The translations under genes and the position numbers were made by a program. A DNA stretch of 32,000 bases from Candidatus Helarchaeota ASGARD archaeon Hel_GB_B (GTDB taxonomy: Archaea > Asgardarchaeota > Lokiarchaeia > Helarchaeales > HEL-GB-B), in assembly GCA_005191425.1 (NCBI GenBank), contig SUPR01000004.1:1-32000 (forward strand). The letters run 5' to 3'. Under the pieces are notes generated by a model. It was not told the origin of the DNA. It saw nothing but the letters and a program-made list of their open reading frames with translations, and made no database searches. This document shows, in pieces, positions 7,901-17,305 of the stretch (the stretch's first letter is position 1; every line of letters starts with the position of its first letter).

Positions 7901-9211
7901 TTAGGTCGGGATAATAGGATCCGGGATTTTTATTTTTTCTAATATTTTTTCTTCAAATATTTGTTTTGCAAGGGTTTCCATTACTTTTTGTTCTCCGCCA
8001 ACTGAATTATTCGTAGCAACTATCAAATTTGCTTTAGTTATTATTCCTTTTGAATCACTCCAATAATTATGAATGAGTAGTCCACGTGGCGCTTCTACAC
8101 ATCCAACACCCATGCCTTCTCTAGGCTCTACATCTGAAAGTTTTACATCTGTATCACAAATGTCTGGGTCTTCTAAAAGTTCTTTCATTCTTTCTACGGC
8201 TTCGACAAGTTCAACAATTCTTGCCCAATTATTTACAAGTGGCATATGGCAAGGATGACCCACTATCTCTCGTAATTCTTTTAATGCTTTATCAGCAATT
8301 GGTGTCTTCATTTTATCAGCAACATTAAGCATTGGTAAAGGCCCGCCATCCCAAATACCATCTGGATAGCCTACAGGTTTGTAAAATATATGAGTTGCCA
8401 AAGAATATGAAGTTACATATTCTCCTAAAAAGTTCATATATTCTTGAGGCTTTGTATCTTCCACAATTTTTCCTTTTGGATCCATTACACGAATTGTCCC
8501 ATCGTAAATATCATGTACTCCATTATTAGCGATTCCTACATTATATAATTCAGTAACTCCTAACGTCTTGATGACATCAAGATAGTGATTTACGACCGTT
8601 TTAGCAAGGTCAACAGTCCAGAGAGTAAGTTCTACCAATCTATCCATCTTTTTAAGATATCTATCTCGGATTTCTTCTGGTAATGGACGAGCTACTCCAC
8701 CTGGTAAAGAATTCATTGGATGAATAGCTTTACCTGCATAATCCTTAATAAAAAGCTGCGCAATCTTCATAATTTCAAGGGCATTCAAGCCCCATTCTGG
8801 TTTCTTTTTAATAATCCCAACGACATTTCTAATTGCTGGGTCTGCAGTTGGCCCAAATATTAAATCAGGCGCCGCAAGAGCAAAAAAGTGGAGCGCATGA
8901 CTGGAAATTTGTTTGGCGTTAATCATAAGTCTCCTTAATTTTTCAGCAGTTTTTGGTATTTTAAGACCCCATGCATCATCTACAGCTTTACTTGAAGCTA
9001 AATGATGTGGAACGGGACAAATACCGCAAATTCTGGGTGTAATACGAGGGGCTTGTTCCATTGGACGTCCTTCAAGGAATTTTTCAAAAAATCTGGTGGA
9101 AGTAATACTAAACATTACCTTGTCGACTTTTTCATCGTCCGTAAGTTTAATTGTTAATTTCCCATGTCCTTCAAGGCGTGTTAGGGGTTCAATATCTATT
9201 ACTTTACCCAT
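7901..9211 (-). CDS. vhuA: F420-non-reducing (Mvh/Vhu-type) [NiFe] hydrogenase large subunit, lacking the C-terminal nickel ligand motif
   Basis: IDIEPLTRLEGHGKL, FFEKFLEGRPMEQAPRITPRICGICPVPHHLASSKAVDDAWG (L1 motif), VGCVEAPRGLLIHNY, ATNNSVGG. Ends ...IKIPDPIIPT* before DPCxxCxxH. Confidence 0.93.
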   Translation of the reverse strand: MGKVIDIEPLTRLEGHGKLTIKLTDDEKVDKVMFSITSTRFFEKFLEGRPMEQAPRITPRICGICPVPHHLASSKAVDDAWGLKIPKTAEKLRRLMINAKQISSHALHFFALAAPDLIFGPTADPAIRNVVGIIKKKPEWGLNALEIMKIAQLFIKDYAGKAIHPMNSLPGGVARPLPEEIRDRYLKKMDRLVELTLWTVDLAKTVVNHYLDVIKTLGVTELYNVGIANNGVHDIYDGTIRVMDPKGKIVEDTKPQEYMNFLGEYVTSYSLATHIFYKPVGYPDGIWDGGPLPMLNVADKMKTPIADKALKELREIVGHPCHMPLVNNWARIVELVEAVERMKELLEDPDICDTDVKLSDVEPREGMGVGCVEAPRGLLIHNYWSDSKGIITKANLIVATNNSVGGEQKVMETLAKQIFEEKILEKIKIPDPIIPT

Positions 9212-10188
9212 AAAAAACCACCTTTTCCAATCTTTTTCATAAGAATGGTAAAAGATTTTATTAAATTATAAAAGACCTATATTATATCATTTATGTCTTT
9301 TTTGTTGTGAAATTCAATTATTTTTTTGAATATATTTCCAGCGAGACCGATATTGATTTTTTTTACTTTTAGGGAAATTCTGATTTCATTGTAAATTTTG
9401 AAATACTTGCATATCAATAATTTTAGATCTTCTATAATTTATTTAGTATTTATGTCTATAATTCCAAAAATCTATTTAAAATATTTTCTATTTTTTTTAA
9501 AAATGAGATAAAGCTCATTATTTTTTTACAAAAACATACTTTTTTGGAAATAGTACAATCTGAAATAATCATAATATTAAAATTAGTAAATTAAAGAATT
9601 AGAAATAATTTATAAATTCTTTAAATTAGTTTAAAATCATTTTATTTGGTCGTATTTTATTAAAAGATTTTATTTATAATAAGCGATTTGGAGATATATT
9701 AAGACATAAATAAAAATACCAGAAGTTTAGTTAATCTCAGTAAAATAATCATAGTAGAATTTGGACACTATTCAAATTCAAAATATAAAATATAAAATCA
9801 TATGGAATATTTAAATTAAAAACAAAAAGATAATAATATATTGAAAATAGTAATTAATCATGGTTAATATTGAATAATCTAATATAGATTAAAATAGATG
9901 AAATAAAAGGACATCTATAAATTAGAAATAAATTAATTTATAACTCATTTTTTTATTGAAATTTAAATGATAATTTTGTAAAAATTTATTCTATTCTGTA
10001 TATGGTTTTTAAAATATAGTTAAGATCAAAAAATGGAATCAAATACTTAAAAAAGATATCGAATAAATTAAAAATATAAACAAATAAATATTGGTAATGA
10101 AATAATTTATAAAATAAAAATGGAAAATTCAAACAGAAAAAAATATTTGTGTAAAATATTATAAATTACTAAAAAATGTCGAGGTAAA

Positions 10189-11913
10189 ATGAAAGGAATA
10201 TTGGTAACTCGATGGGATGACAAACTAGGAATTGTTGTAGAGGGTAAGTATCCTGCTACATTAGAAATATCTGAAGATCATATGATGCGAATATTCACCA
10301 CACATGCAATGGGCGGTGGAGAAGCTGGCTTTTTATCTATGATGGTCGAAGATATTAATATTGCATCATATTATACTGGATTACCAAAAGAAGGGTCGAG
10401 TCAATATTATATCGCATTGATTTTAGACAAGGACGAAGCAGATAATGCAGATCAGTTTGAAGAAGCTTTAATTGAGACTACAAATAATTTATTACCTGAA
10501 ATAAAAAGTCCTGCTTTTTCTGAAATATTGAAACGAAATTTCTTTAAAATTCCACAATTGCTTGAAATGACTGAAGAAATGCGATATGCAAATATATTTA
10601 AAAATGAAAAAAGAGTAAAAGTTTTACAAAAGCTTGGCTATGGTGCAACCACACTTGATGAAGTCCAAAAATGGCTTAGTGACCAATTTGAGGAGGAAAT
10701 TCTTGACTTAGAAAATGTTTTACTCCCATTTGAAAAAAATAAGATGATCCTTAAATTAAAAGTTGAGACTGGAGAAAATAATGAGGAATTAGACTGTGTA
10801 TTTTTAATAAAAGATGCATTTATTATGAGGTCTCCTGCTGAGAAACTATATAAAATGGCAAAAGAAGGGGCTATCCCTGAAATGGGGAAAATATTTAAAG
10901 AATATATTAAAGAAGTTGAAGATTATTTTAGAGAATATAAATTAGATGATAAAGACAATATTGAAATTGCAAATTTAATTTCTGATCCAGATTTGAACTA
11001 TTTAATTTCAATTCTTCGAGATAAATATGTAAAAAAAGATGAACTACCAAATATATTAAATAAAACGGCAGAAGAAACTCAAGATATGCTTAATATTTTA
11101 AGGCAAAATAAGATAATACGTTCATATAAAGATAAAATGAATGATGAATACATTTTTCTTTTATGCGATATTCAATTTCCGACATTTTTCCCCGAATACT
11201 TAATTGATTCAATTAGAAGACGGTGGATGGAAAAAGATATTGAACAAGAATTGGCAATAACTCATTTGGAAATATTAAAAAGCGTTTTCAGAGGTGAAGA
11301 AGAATTTGCTCTAATGGAAGTTGAAGAAGAAGTTGAGGGTGAAATTGAGGGAAAAGAACCTGTAAAGGTCAAATTGAAAGCAGAAGTTACTTCTGTAGAA
11401 GAAGTTTCTATTCCAGCCGAATATAAAAAGGAAGAAGCACCTATAACTCCACCTCAAGCCGAACAAATAACAATGAGTGATGAAGAAATTTTTAGAATGA
11501 CCTCGGAGGTAAATACACTTCGAGTAAAAGCGAAAACTCTATTGAGTAAGAAGGAATATGAAGAGGCACTGGAAGCTATTAATAAGGCAATTGAATTGTC
11601 AGAAAAACTTGTAGCCGCAGGAAATGTGGAATTTAAAAAGCGCATTAAAAAATTCAAAGAAGTTGTTGGAACTTTGAATAAATTAATCGCGAAAAAACAT
11701 ATTGAAAAAGAAAAGAAAATCGATAAAGCCGCTCTTAAGGATGAAAGAACAAAAGTATTGGAAGACGCAGATATTGCATTTACATCTAGTAGATATGAAG
11801 ATGCTATCAAATTATTAGAAAGAGCAATAGAAATATCTAATCTACTAGGTGAAGACGCATCGGAAATTAAGTCAATGGTAGAAAATATAAAAACTCATTT
11901 AGGATCAATTTAA
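10189..11913 (+). CDS. Uncharacterised multidomain protein: N-terminal WDD-domain (longin/roadblock-like size), central region, C-terminal TPR-like helical repeats
   Basis: N-terminus MKGILVTRWDDKLGIVVEG...HAMGGGEAGFLSMMVEDINIASYY is shared with the ORF at 19057-19764. C-terminus has two similar helical hairpins: KAKTLLSKKEYEEALEAINKAIELSEKL and DADIAFTSSRYEDAIKLLERAIEISNLL. Confidence 0.75.
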   Translation: MKGILVTRWDDKLGIVVEGKYPATLEISEDHMMRIFTTHAMGGGEAGFLSMMVEDINIASYYTGLPKEGSSQYYIALILDKDEADNADQFEEALIETTNNLLPEIKSPAFSEILKRNFFKIPQLLEMTEEMRYANIFKNEKRVKVLQKLGYGATTLDEVQKWLSDQFEEEILDLENVLLPFEKNKMILKLKVETGENNEELDCVFLIKDAFIMRSPAEKLYKMAKEGAIPEMGKIFKEYIKEVEDYFREYKLDDKDNIEIANLISDPDLNYLISILRDKYVKKDELPNILNKTAEETQDMLNILRQNKIIRSYKDKMNDEYIFLLCDIQFPTFFPEYLIDSIRRRWMEKDIEQELAITHLEILKSVFRGEEEFALMEVEEEVEGEIEGKEPVKVKLKAEVTSVEEVSIPAEYKKEEAPITPPQAEQITMSDEEIFRMTSEVNTLRVKAKTLLSKKEYEEALEAINKAIELSEKLVAAGNVEFKKRIKKFKEVVGTLNKLIAKKHIEKEKKIDKAALKDERTKVLEDADIAFTSSRYEDAIKLLERAIEISNLLGEDASEIKSMVENIKTHLGSI

Positions 11914-11928
11914 TTTTTAACTGTTTTT

Positions 11929-12501
11929 TTATTCATCATTGTAAAATTCATTTGAATTAATATAATCATAAAGTATTTCTTCATAATTAAATTTTATCTC
12001 ATTAATTAAAGATGACCTTGTTTTCATAATTTCCTTAGTTTGTATTAATTTGTCCATATACTCTCTTGAATTTTTTATTATTTTTATATTATTGTAAATA
12101 ATGAATTCTTTTAACTTATTTATTCCCTCTGAACTAAAACGATAAATTTCCTTAGTTTTACGGCAGTGACCATATTTGGTAGTCTGTAAATAATCACATA
12201 TCTTCTGTGATTCCCATTCTTTTAGAATTTCTTTTATAATCCTGTGCATAACAGGAAAGGTAATATTATCTGAAATTAATAATTTTAAAATGACCTTAGT
12301 TATCTGAGAACTAGGAAAATCATTACTATTCCATTTTGAATTATTTTTTACTATAAATTCTGCCATCAATATAGAAAGAATATCTTTATTATCTTTTAAT
12401 TTGTTAAAAATTCCTTTTTCAAATGAACATAATTTGTCTGTGTCTTCTTGTTCTTTTAAAGTAGCCATTGAAATCAAACTCAAATAACTTAATTTTATCA
12501 A
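11929..12501 (-). CDS. Hypothetical protein
   Basis: 190-aa ORF convergent with the preceding gene; real start may be an internal Met (about 12468). No family recognised. Confidence 0.55.
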   Translation of the reverse strand: MIKLSYLSLISMATLKEQEDTDKLCSFEKGIFNKLKDNKDILSILMAEFIVKNNSKWNSNDFPSSQITKVILKLLISDNITFPVMHRIIKEILKEWESQKICDYLQTTKYGHCRKTKEIYRFSSEGINKLKEFIIYNNIKIIKNSREYMDKLIQTKEIMKTRSSLINEIKFNYEEILYDYINSNEFYNDE

Positions 12502-12565
12502 TTAAATAATAAGAAATTATAATTTAAAATGTTTTAATAATTATATCATAAATATTATAAGTAGA

Positions 12566-13219
12566 TTATGTAAAATTGAAATTTAATGATATAAGATATG
12601 ATAATGCAAGTGATTTATTACAATTTGTAAATTTATAGAGAGCGTCTAAATCGTCTTTATAATCTATATCCAATCCAATTCTGAATGAATTAAAAATTTT
12701 TACTTTAAATTTGTTTTTAAATTCTGAAATATGTTTTCTGAAGCTATCATTACCGTAAAAAGTTTTAATTTTTAAATCTGCATCGAAAAGAAGTGAATTT
12801 GTGCCGTCATTTCGGTTTGATGGTACAATAATTATTTGGGCATTAGTCTTTTTTTTTGTTTCAAGCATGTTTTCGATATCTTGTTTATCAATGAGTGGAA
12901 CATCTGAAGGTAAAATTAAAAAATAACTTGCATTAAATCGTTTACAATAATTTATTGCATTATCCAGAGCTATATTAATTGATGGAGCCGAATCAACTAA
13001 AATTTTTATTTTTTGGTCTTTAAATCTCAAAATGTTATCTGACGGAGTTGTTATAACTATTTTTATAATTGATGGTATTTGTTTTAAGGTAAATAGAACA
13101 TCTTGGAGCATTAAATAAGCAAATTTTTGTCTCTCACTGTCGGATAAAATATGGGCAAGTCTCAATTTTGAGTAATGAAAATTTTTAACTGGAATAATTG
13201 CAATTATTCTATCAGACAT
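12566..13219 (-). CDS. cofC: 2-phospho-L-lactate (or phosphoenolpyruvate) guanylyltransferase, F420 biosynthesis
   Basis: IAIIPVKNFHYSKLRLAHILSDSERQKFAYLMLQDVL...ILPSDVPLIDKQDI...DGTNSLLFD; adjacent to cofD. Confidence 0.93.
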   Translation of the reverse strand: MSDRIIAIIPVKNFHYSKLRLAHILSDSERQKFAYLMLQDVLFTLKQIPSIIKIVITTPSDNILRFKDQKIKILVDSAPSINIALDNAINYCKRFNASYFLILPSDVPLIDKQDIENMLETKKKTNAQIIIVPSNRNDGTNSLLFDADLKIKTFYGNDSFRKHISEFKNKFKVKIFNSFRIGLDIDYKDDLDALYKFTNCNKSLALSYLISLNFNFT

Positions 13220-13234
13220 TTTTATATCAACATA

Positions 13235-14161
13235 TTATTTATCAAGGAGTTTATTTAATGCATATCTTGCCAAATTGACTTTTTTTTGGGTGGAATCCAT
13301 AATGGTATCAAAATGATAGACATTAATTCCTAATTTTTTAATTTTTTCAAGATATTTTATATCTATATCATCAATTATAAGTGATTTTATAAAAGATTGA
13401 TAAATCTTAGCTACTCCAAGTGCTGAAACTTCATATCCAAGTCCCAGCATTAATTTATCAGCAGGTCCTTTAATAGGTTTGTCTCCAACAATTGGGCTAA
13501 TTGCAATGGAATTCTTTTTCTTAATAGTTTCTTTTATTCCTTTGATTTTTATTATGGGACCTATACTTACAATCGGATTACTTGGGCATATAATAATTCC
13601 ATCTGCATTTTCTAATGATTCAATTACACGAGGAGCTGGTTCAGCTTTTTCAATATTCTTATAAATTACATCATCTACTTTATCCGATGCATGGTATTTT
13701 ATAAGATATTCTTCAAAATGAAAAGTCCCTCTTGGTGTTTTTATAAATGTAGGTGTATATGTATTTGTCATAGGTATTATTTTTGCTTTAATTGATAATT
13801 TTCTACTTAAAGTCTCGGTAATTTTATCAAGATTATACCCCTGTCTATAAAGCCAAGTTCTATATATATGAGTTGCCAGATCTTTATCCCCTAATTGAAA
13901 CCAAGTTTCTAATCCATATATACCAAGCATTTCTAAGCAATTAAAAGTATCATTAGCGACACCCCAACCTTTACTAGTATCGACCATATTAGCTAATGTA
14001 TACATGATTATATCTATATCTGGGCTAATGTATAACCCTTGAAAATCGATTCTATCATCTCCTGTATTTACTATAATTGTTAAATTTTCATTTGGCATTA
14101 TATTTGCCAATCCCAATATTAATTTTGCAGCTCCGACACCACCTGCCAATACGGTTATCAA
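13235..14161 (-). CDS. cofD: 2-phospho-L-lactate (LPPG) transferase, F420 biosynthesis
   Basis: MITVLAGGVGAAKLILGLANIM...IIVNTGDDRIDFQGLYISPDIDIIMYTLANMVDTSKGWGVANDTFNCLEML...GDKDLATHIYRTWL...IICPSNPIVSIGPI. Confidence 0.96.
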   Translation of the reverse strand: MITVLAGGVGAAKLILGLANIMPNENLTIIVNTGDDRIDFQGLYISPDIDIIMYTLANMVDTSKGWGVANDTFNCLEMLGIYGLETWFQLGDKDLATHIYRTWLYRQGYNLDKITETLSRKLSIKAKIIPMTNTYTPTFIKTPRGTFHFEEYLIKYHASDKVDDVIYKNIEKAEPAPRVIESLENADGIIICPSNPIVSIGPIIKIKGIKETIKKKNSIAISPIVGDKPIKGPADKLMLGLGYEVSALGVAKIYQSFIKSLIIDDIDIKYLEKIKKLGINVYHFDTIMDSTQKKVNLARYALNKLLDK

Positions 14162-14781
14162 AATTTTTCACCCCACTTATTCAAGAAACAAATATCATTT
14201 AATTTTAACCTGGGAGGTGGACTTGGTATATTTTCTGTCAATGTATATCCAATTGTTATAAAGGCTTGTGGTTCAATATCTTCTGGAATGTTTAGCACCT
14301 TTTTTACGATTTCTTGAGCAAATAATGGCGCACAATACCAGCATGCTCCAAGACATTCGTTATGAGCTGCTAATAACATATTTTGTATCGCAGCACTAAC
14401 ACTCTGAACTCCCATCTGGTGTTCGATAATCTGTCTTTTCTCATCTGAATATTTTTCCATTCGTTTCATATCAAGACAAGGTACTATCAATACTGGTGCA
14501 GTTGAAAATGTTATAATTGATTTGTTTATAATTTTCTGTATCTGTTCAGTTTTATATCCGTCTTTTTTTAGATCATTTTTATATTTATTTGCCATTTTTA
14601 TAGCAAGCTCTTTTTTTATAATTTTATCCTTCACGATTAAAAAATACCATGGGTTAGAATTGTGAGCTGAAGGCGCCATAATTGCTAATTGAAGTATATT
14701 TTTTATTTTGTCATCTTCAACTTCTTTATTTTTATATTTTCTAATACTTCTTCGTGTTTTAAGTCCATCAATTAATTTCAT
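14158..14781 (-). CDS. Nitroreductase-family FMN oxidoreductase; possible dehydro-F420 reductase
   Basis: LKTRRSIRKYKNKEVEDDKIKNILQLAIMAPSAHNSNPWYFLIVKD...MGVQSVSAAIQNMLLAAHNECLGACWYCAPL; ATGA overlap with cofD. Confidence 0.92.
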   Translation of the reverse strand: MKLIDGLKTRRSIRKYKNKEVEDDKIKNILQLAIMAPSAHNSNPWYFLIVKDKIIKKELAIKMANKYKNDLKKDGYKTEQIQKIINKSIITFSTAPVLIVPCLDMKRMEKYSDEKRQIIEHQMGVQSVSAAIQNMLLAAHNECLGACWYCAPLFAQEIVKKVLNIPEDIEPQAFITIGYTLTENIPSPPPRLKLNDICFLNKWGEKF

Positions 14782-14992
14782 TTTTGACCAATTTAAAAGA
14801 TGAATTCAAACTTAATAATTTTATTAGAACAATTTAATATCAAAATAAAAATATCAAAAAATTTTCTAAATTAAAGCCTTAATAGATAAAAGCAAATGGA
14901 AATATCTCAATATAAGAAAATATCATATATATTTTAAGATAACTGGAAAAATTATTTATATCAAATCATAAATATCGTAAATTCATAATTAA

Positions 14993-15062
14993 GGGATCAG
15001 ATCGTTGCGATTTCATCATTAATTCTAAGTTTCAGCCTGGGGCGATCGTGTCTTCATTTCCC
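14993..15062 (-). ncRNA. Candidate C/D box guide sRNA
   Basis: Minus-strand RNA GGGAA-AUGAAGA(C)-CACGAUCGCCCCAGG-CUGA(D')-AACUUAGAAUUA-AUGAUGA(C')-AAUCGCAACGAU-CUGA(D)-UCCC. All four boxes are in the correct order, the C'/D guide is 12 nt, there is a GGGA/UCCC terminal stem, and the segment is more GC-rich than its surroundings. Confidence 0.65.
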
Positions 15063-15349
15063 AAATTTAAAATTAGATCTGTTTATGTTAATTGATATAT
15101 TTGCATAATTCTTTAAATTGAAAAAGCTAAAAAAGTTTTCCATACACCTTAAGTTTTTGGATATCTTTGATTAAATAGATTTGTAATCGGTTAACATTAA
15201 TATAAATATTCATAATACTTTTCCATTTTAGCATAATATATTAAAGAAGAATTGTAAATTAGTAAGAAAAATAATAAATATTTAGACTTTTCGTTGTTAA
15301 TAAATTATATTTCTCATAAAAATAATGTTAGATAATTTTTTTTGCTTAA

Positions 15350-16288
15350 TCAAACTTTTATATTACGACCATTATTTATTAATTTTCTTAAATGAGGATA
15401 TTTTTTTATTATTTCTTCTTTGCTGGGAAGAAATGTTTTATAAGGTTGATATAATTCTCCAGCTTTTGTTTTTTCTATGACTTGTTTCAACATTTGTTTC
15501 ATATTTTTATTAATTTCAAACCCCAAAAAGTGTCTGAACCTAGATTTAGCACAATATGCTGTTGTACCATTTCCCATAAATGGATCAAAAATCAAATCTC
15601 CTGGTTTAGAGCAAAAATCGATGCACTTCATAACTAATTTTTCTGGTAATTTAGTACTGTTCTTTTTTTGTCCAGGTCGATATATCCTTGGAATTTCCCA
15701 AACGTCCAGTGGATAATGCTCAATCTTATTAAAAAAATATTTTTTTAGGTTTTTTACCACGAATAAAATATGATAATGACTTGTGACAAACTTTTTTTTG
15801 GTAAAAACTCCAAATTGATATTTCCATATAATATGATTGATTACTTTTAAATTAGCTCGTTCGATAGCTATTAATATATCCTTTAAATTATTCCACCCAG
15901 AAAAAATAAATGCACTCGCTGTTTCCTTCATAATTCGAGGGAGTCTTGAGATCCAATTCAATGTGAAATTATTATAATTTTTAAGAACTTCATTATATCC
16001 TTCAATTACAAATCCTGAATCTCTATTATATTGAGAACCTTTTCCATCAAAATTTATTCCGAATGGTGGGTCTGCAATAATTAAATCAACGAAATTTTCA
16101 GGTAATTTATCCATTCCTTTAATACAATCTTTAAAAATTATTCTATCAATTGGTATTTCAAAAAATGCATTCTCATATAAATTTTTCGCCTCTTTATATT
16201 CCCAGTCATACTGTACCTTAAATTCTAGAGCTGCTAATCCAGCTATATATGGTTTTTTCCTCTTTTTTTTATTTTTGGAATTATTCAT
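15350..16288 (-). CDS. DNA (adenine-N6 or cytosine-N4) methyltransferase, N-6/N-4 class
   Basis: FVDLIIADPPFGINFDGKGSQYN (DPPY variant), then C-terminal SKPGDLIFDPFMGNGTTAYCAKSRFRHFLGFEIN (FxGxG AdoMet site). Order is beta-class-like. No restriction enzyme gene nearby. Confidence 0.93.
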   Translation of the reverse strand: MNNSKNKKKRKKPYIAGLAALEFKVQYDWEYKEAKNLYENAFFEIPIDRIIFKDCIKGMDKLPENFVDLIIADPPFGINFDGKGSQYNRDSGFVIEGYNEVLKNYNNFTLNWISRLPRIMKETASAFIFSGWNNLKDILIAIERANLKVINHIIWKYQFGVFTKKKFVTSHYHILFVVKNLKKYFFNKIEHYPLDVWEIPRIYRPGQKKNSTKLPEKLVMKCIDFCSKPGDLIFDPFMGNGTTAYCAKSRFRHFLGFEINKNMKQMLKQVIEKTKAGELYQPYKTFLPSKEEIIKKYPHLRKLINNGRNIKV

Positions 16289-16567
16289 AATTAAATCCTT
16301 ATAATTTAGGTTTGTAATTAGTAATATCTTCCTTCCATAATAAAAAAATAACTACGATAAATACTTATCAATTTACATAAAATAGATTTAAAAATCATGA
16401 ATACAAGGAAAATAATAAAACTTTACATATAAATTAACGATGATTCATCATTTGCTTCAAATTTAATAAAAAATTTTTGAAAATACACATAAAACATAAT
16501 CATTTAAATTATTAAATTAATTCAAATATCACTCTATGGTTTAAATTAGGTAAATTCGGTGTAAATA

Positions 16568-17305
16568 GTGCTAAGATACTATGATTTAAATGTAGAAATA
16601 GATATTAACAACGATTTTAATTCTATTGCTAAAAACCTTTTGTTTTATAAAGATCTTGGATACTATGGATTAGGAATTGTATATCCTTTAAATAAAATAA
16701 AAGAATTTAATGATTTAAGAAGAAGTTTGGAAGATGATAAATTCAAATTATATTCCAGGATAAATATTAAAGCAAAAAATATACAAGGATTAAAGTCCAT
16801 ATTAAAAAACATTAGAACAAAATATGATTTAATAGCAATTGAATGTTTTGATATTAATACTGCTCATTGGGCTATTCAAGATTCTAGACCGGATATAATT
16901 GTCCTCAACGATTTTGGTATAAATAATTATGGTTATTCAACAGCAAAATTATTAAGTAATAATAATAAAGCTCTTGAGTTATCTTTAAAATCATTGATTC
17001 GAGACCCATATTGGAGAAAATCGAAATTTTTAAGGGTGAATTCAAAAATTATGCAACATATCATAAAGGCTAAATCTTATTTTATTATAACTACAAACTC
17101 GAAAGCAGGTCATATATATTATATAAGGGCTCCAAGGGACTTGATGACTTTATTATACTTATTAGATGTACCAGAAAACATTGCAAAAAAGTCCGTTTCA
17201 GAGTTTCCTGAAAAAATTATCCTACAAGCTTTAGACAAAAAAAACCCTAATATAATTAGTAAAAATATACGCGTCATTAATAATAGAGGAAATAATGGAG
17301 AATGA
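16568..17305 (+). CDS. rnp3: RNase P protein component 3 (Rpp30/Rpp1 homologue)
   Basis: YYDLNVEIDIN...AKNLLFYKDLGYYGLGIVYP...YDLIAIECFDINTAHWAIQDSRPDIIVLND...ELSLKSLI, followed by a Pop5 homologue. Confidence 0.88.
   Translation: MLRYYDLNVEIDINNDFNSIAKNLLFYKDLGYYGLGIVYPLNKIKEFNDLRRSLEDDKFKLYSRINIKAKNIQGLKSILKNIRTKYDLIAIECFDINTAHWAIQDSRPDIIVLNDFGINNYGYSTAKLLSNNNKALELSLKSLIRDPYWRKSKFLRVNSKIMQHIIKAKSYFIITTNSKAGHIYYIRAPRDLMTLLYLLDVPENIAKKSVSEFPEKIILQALDKKNPNIISKNIRVINNRGNNGE

Noticed and set aside
16430-16450. TCATCAT box upstream of rnp3 as a second minus-strand C/D RNA
   Set aside because: Only a C-like box is present; no CUGA at a suitable spacing and no terminal stem.
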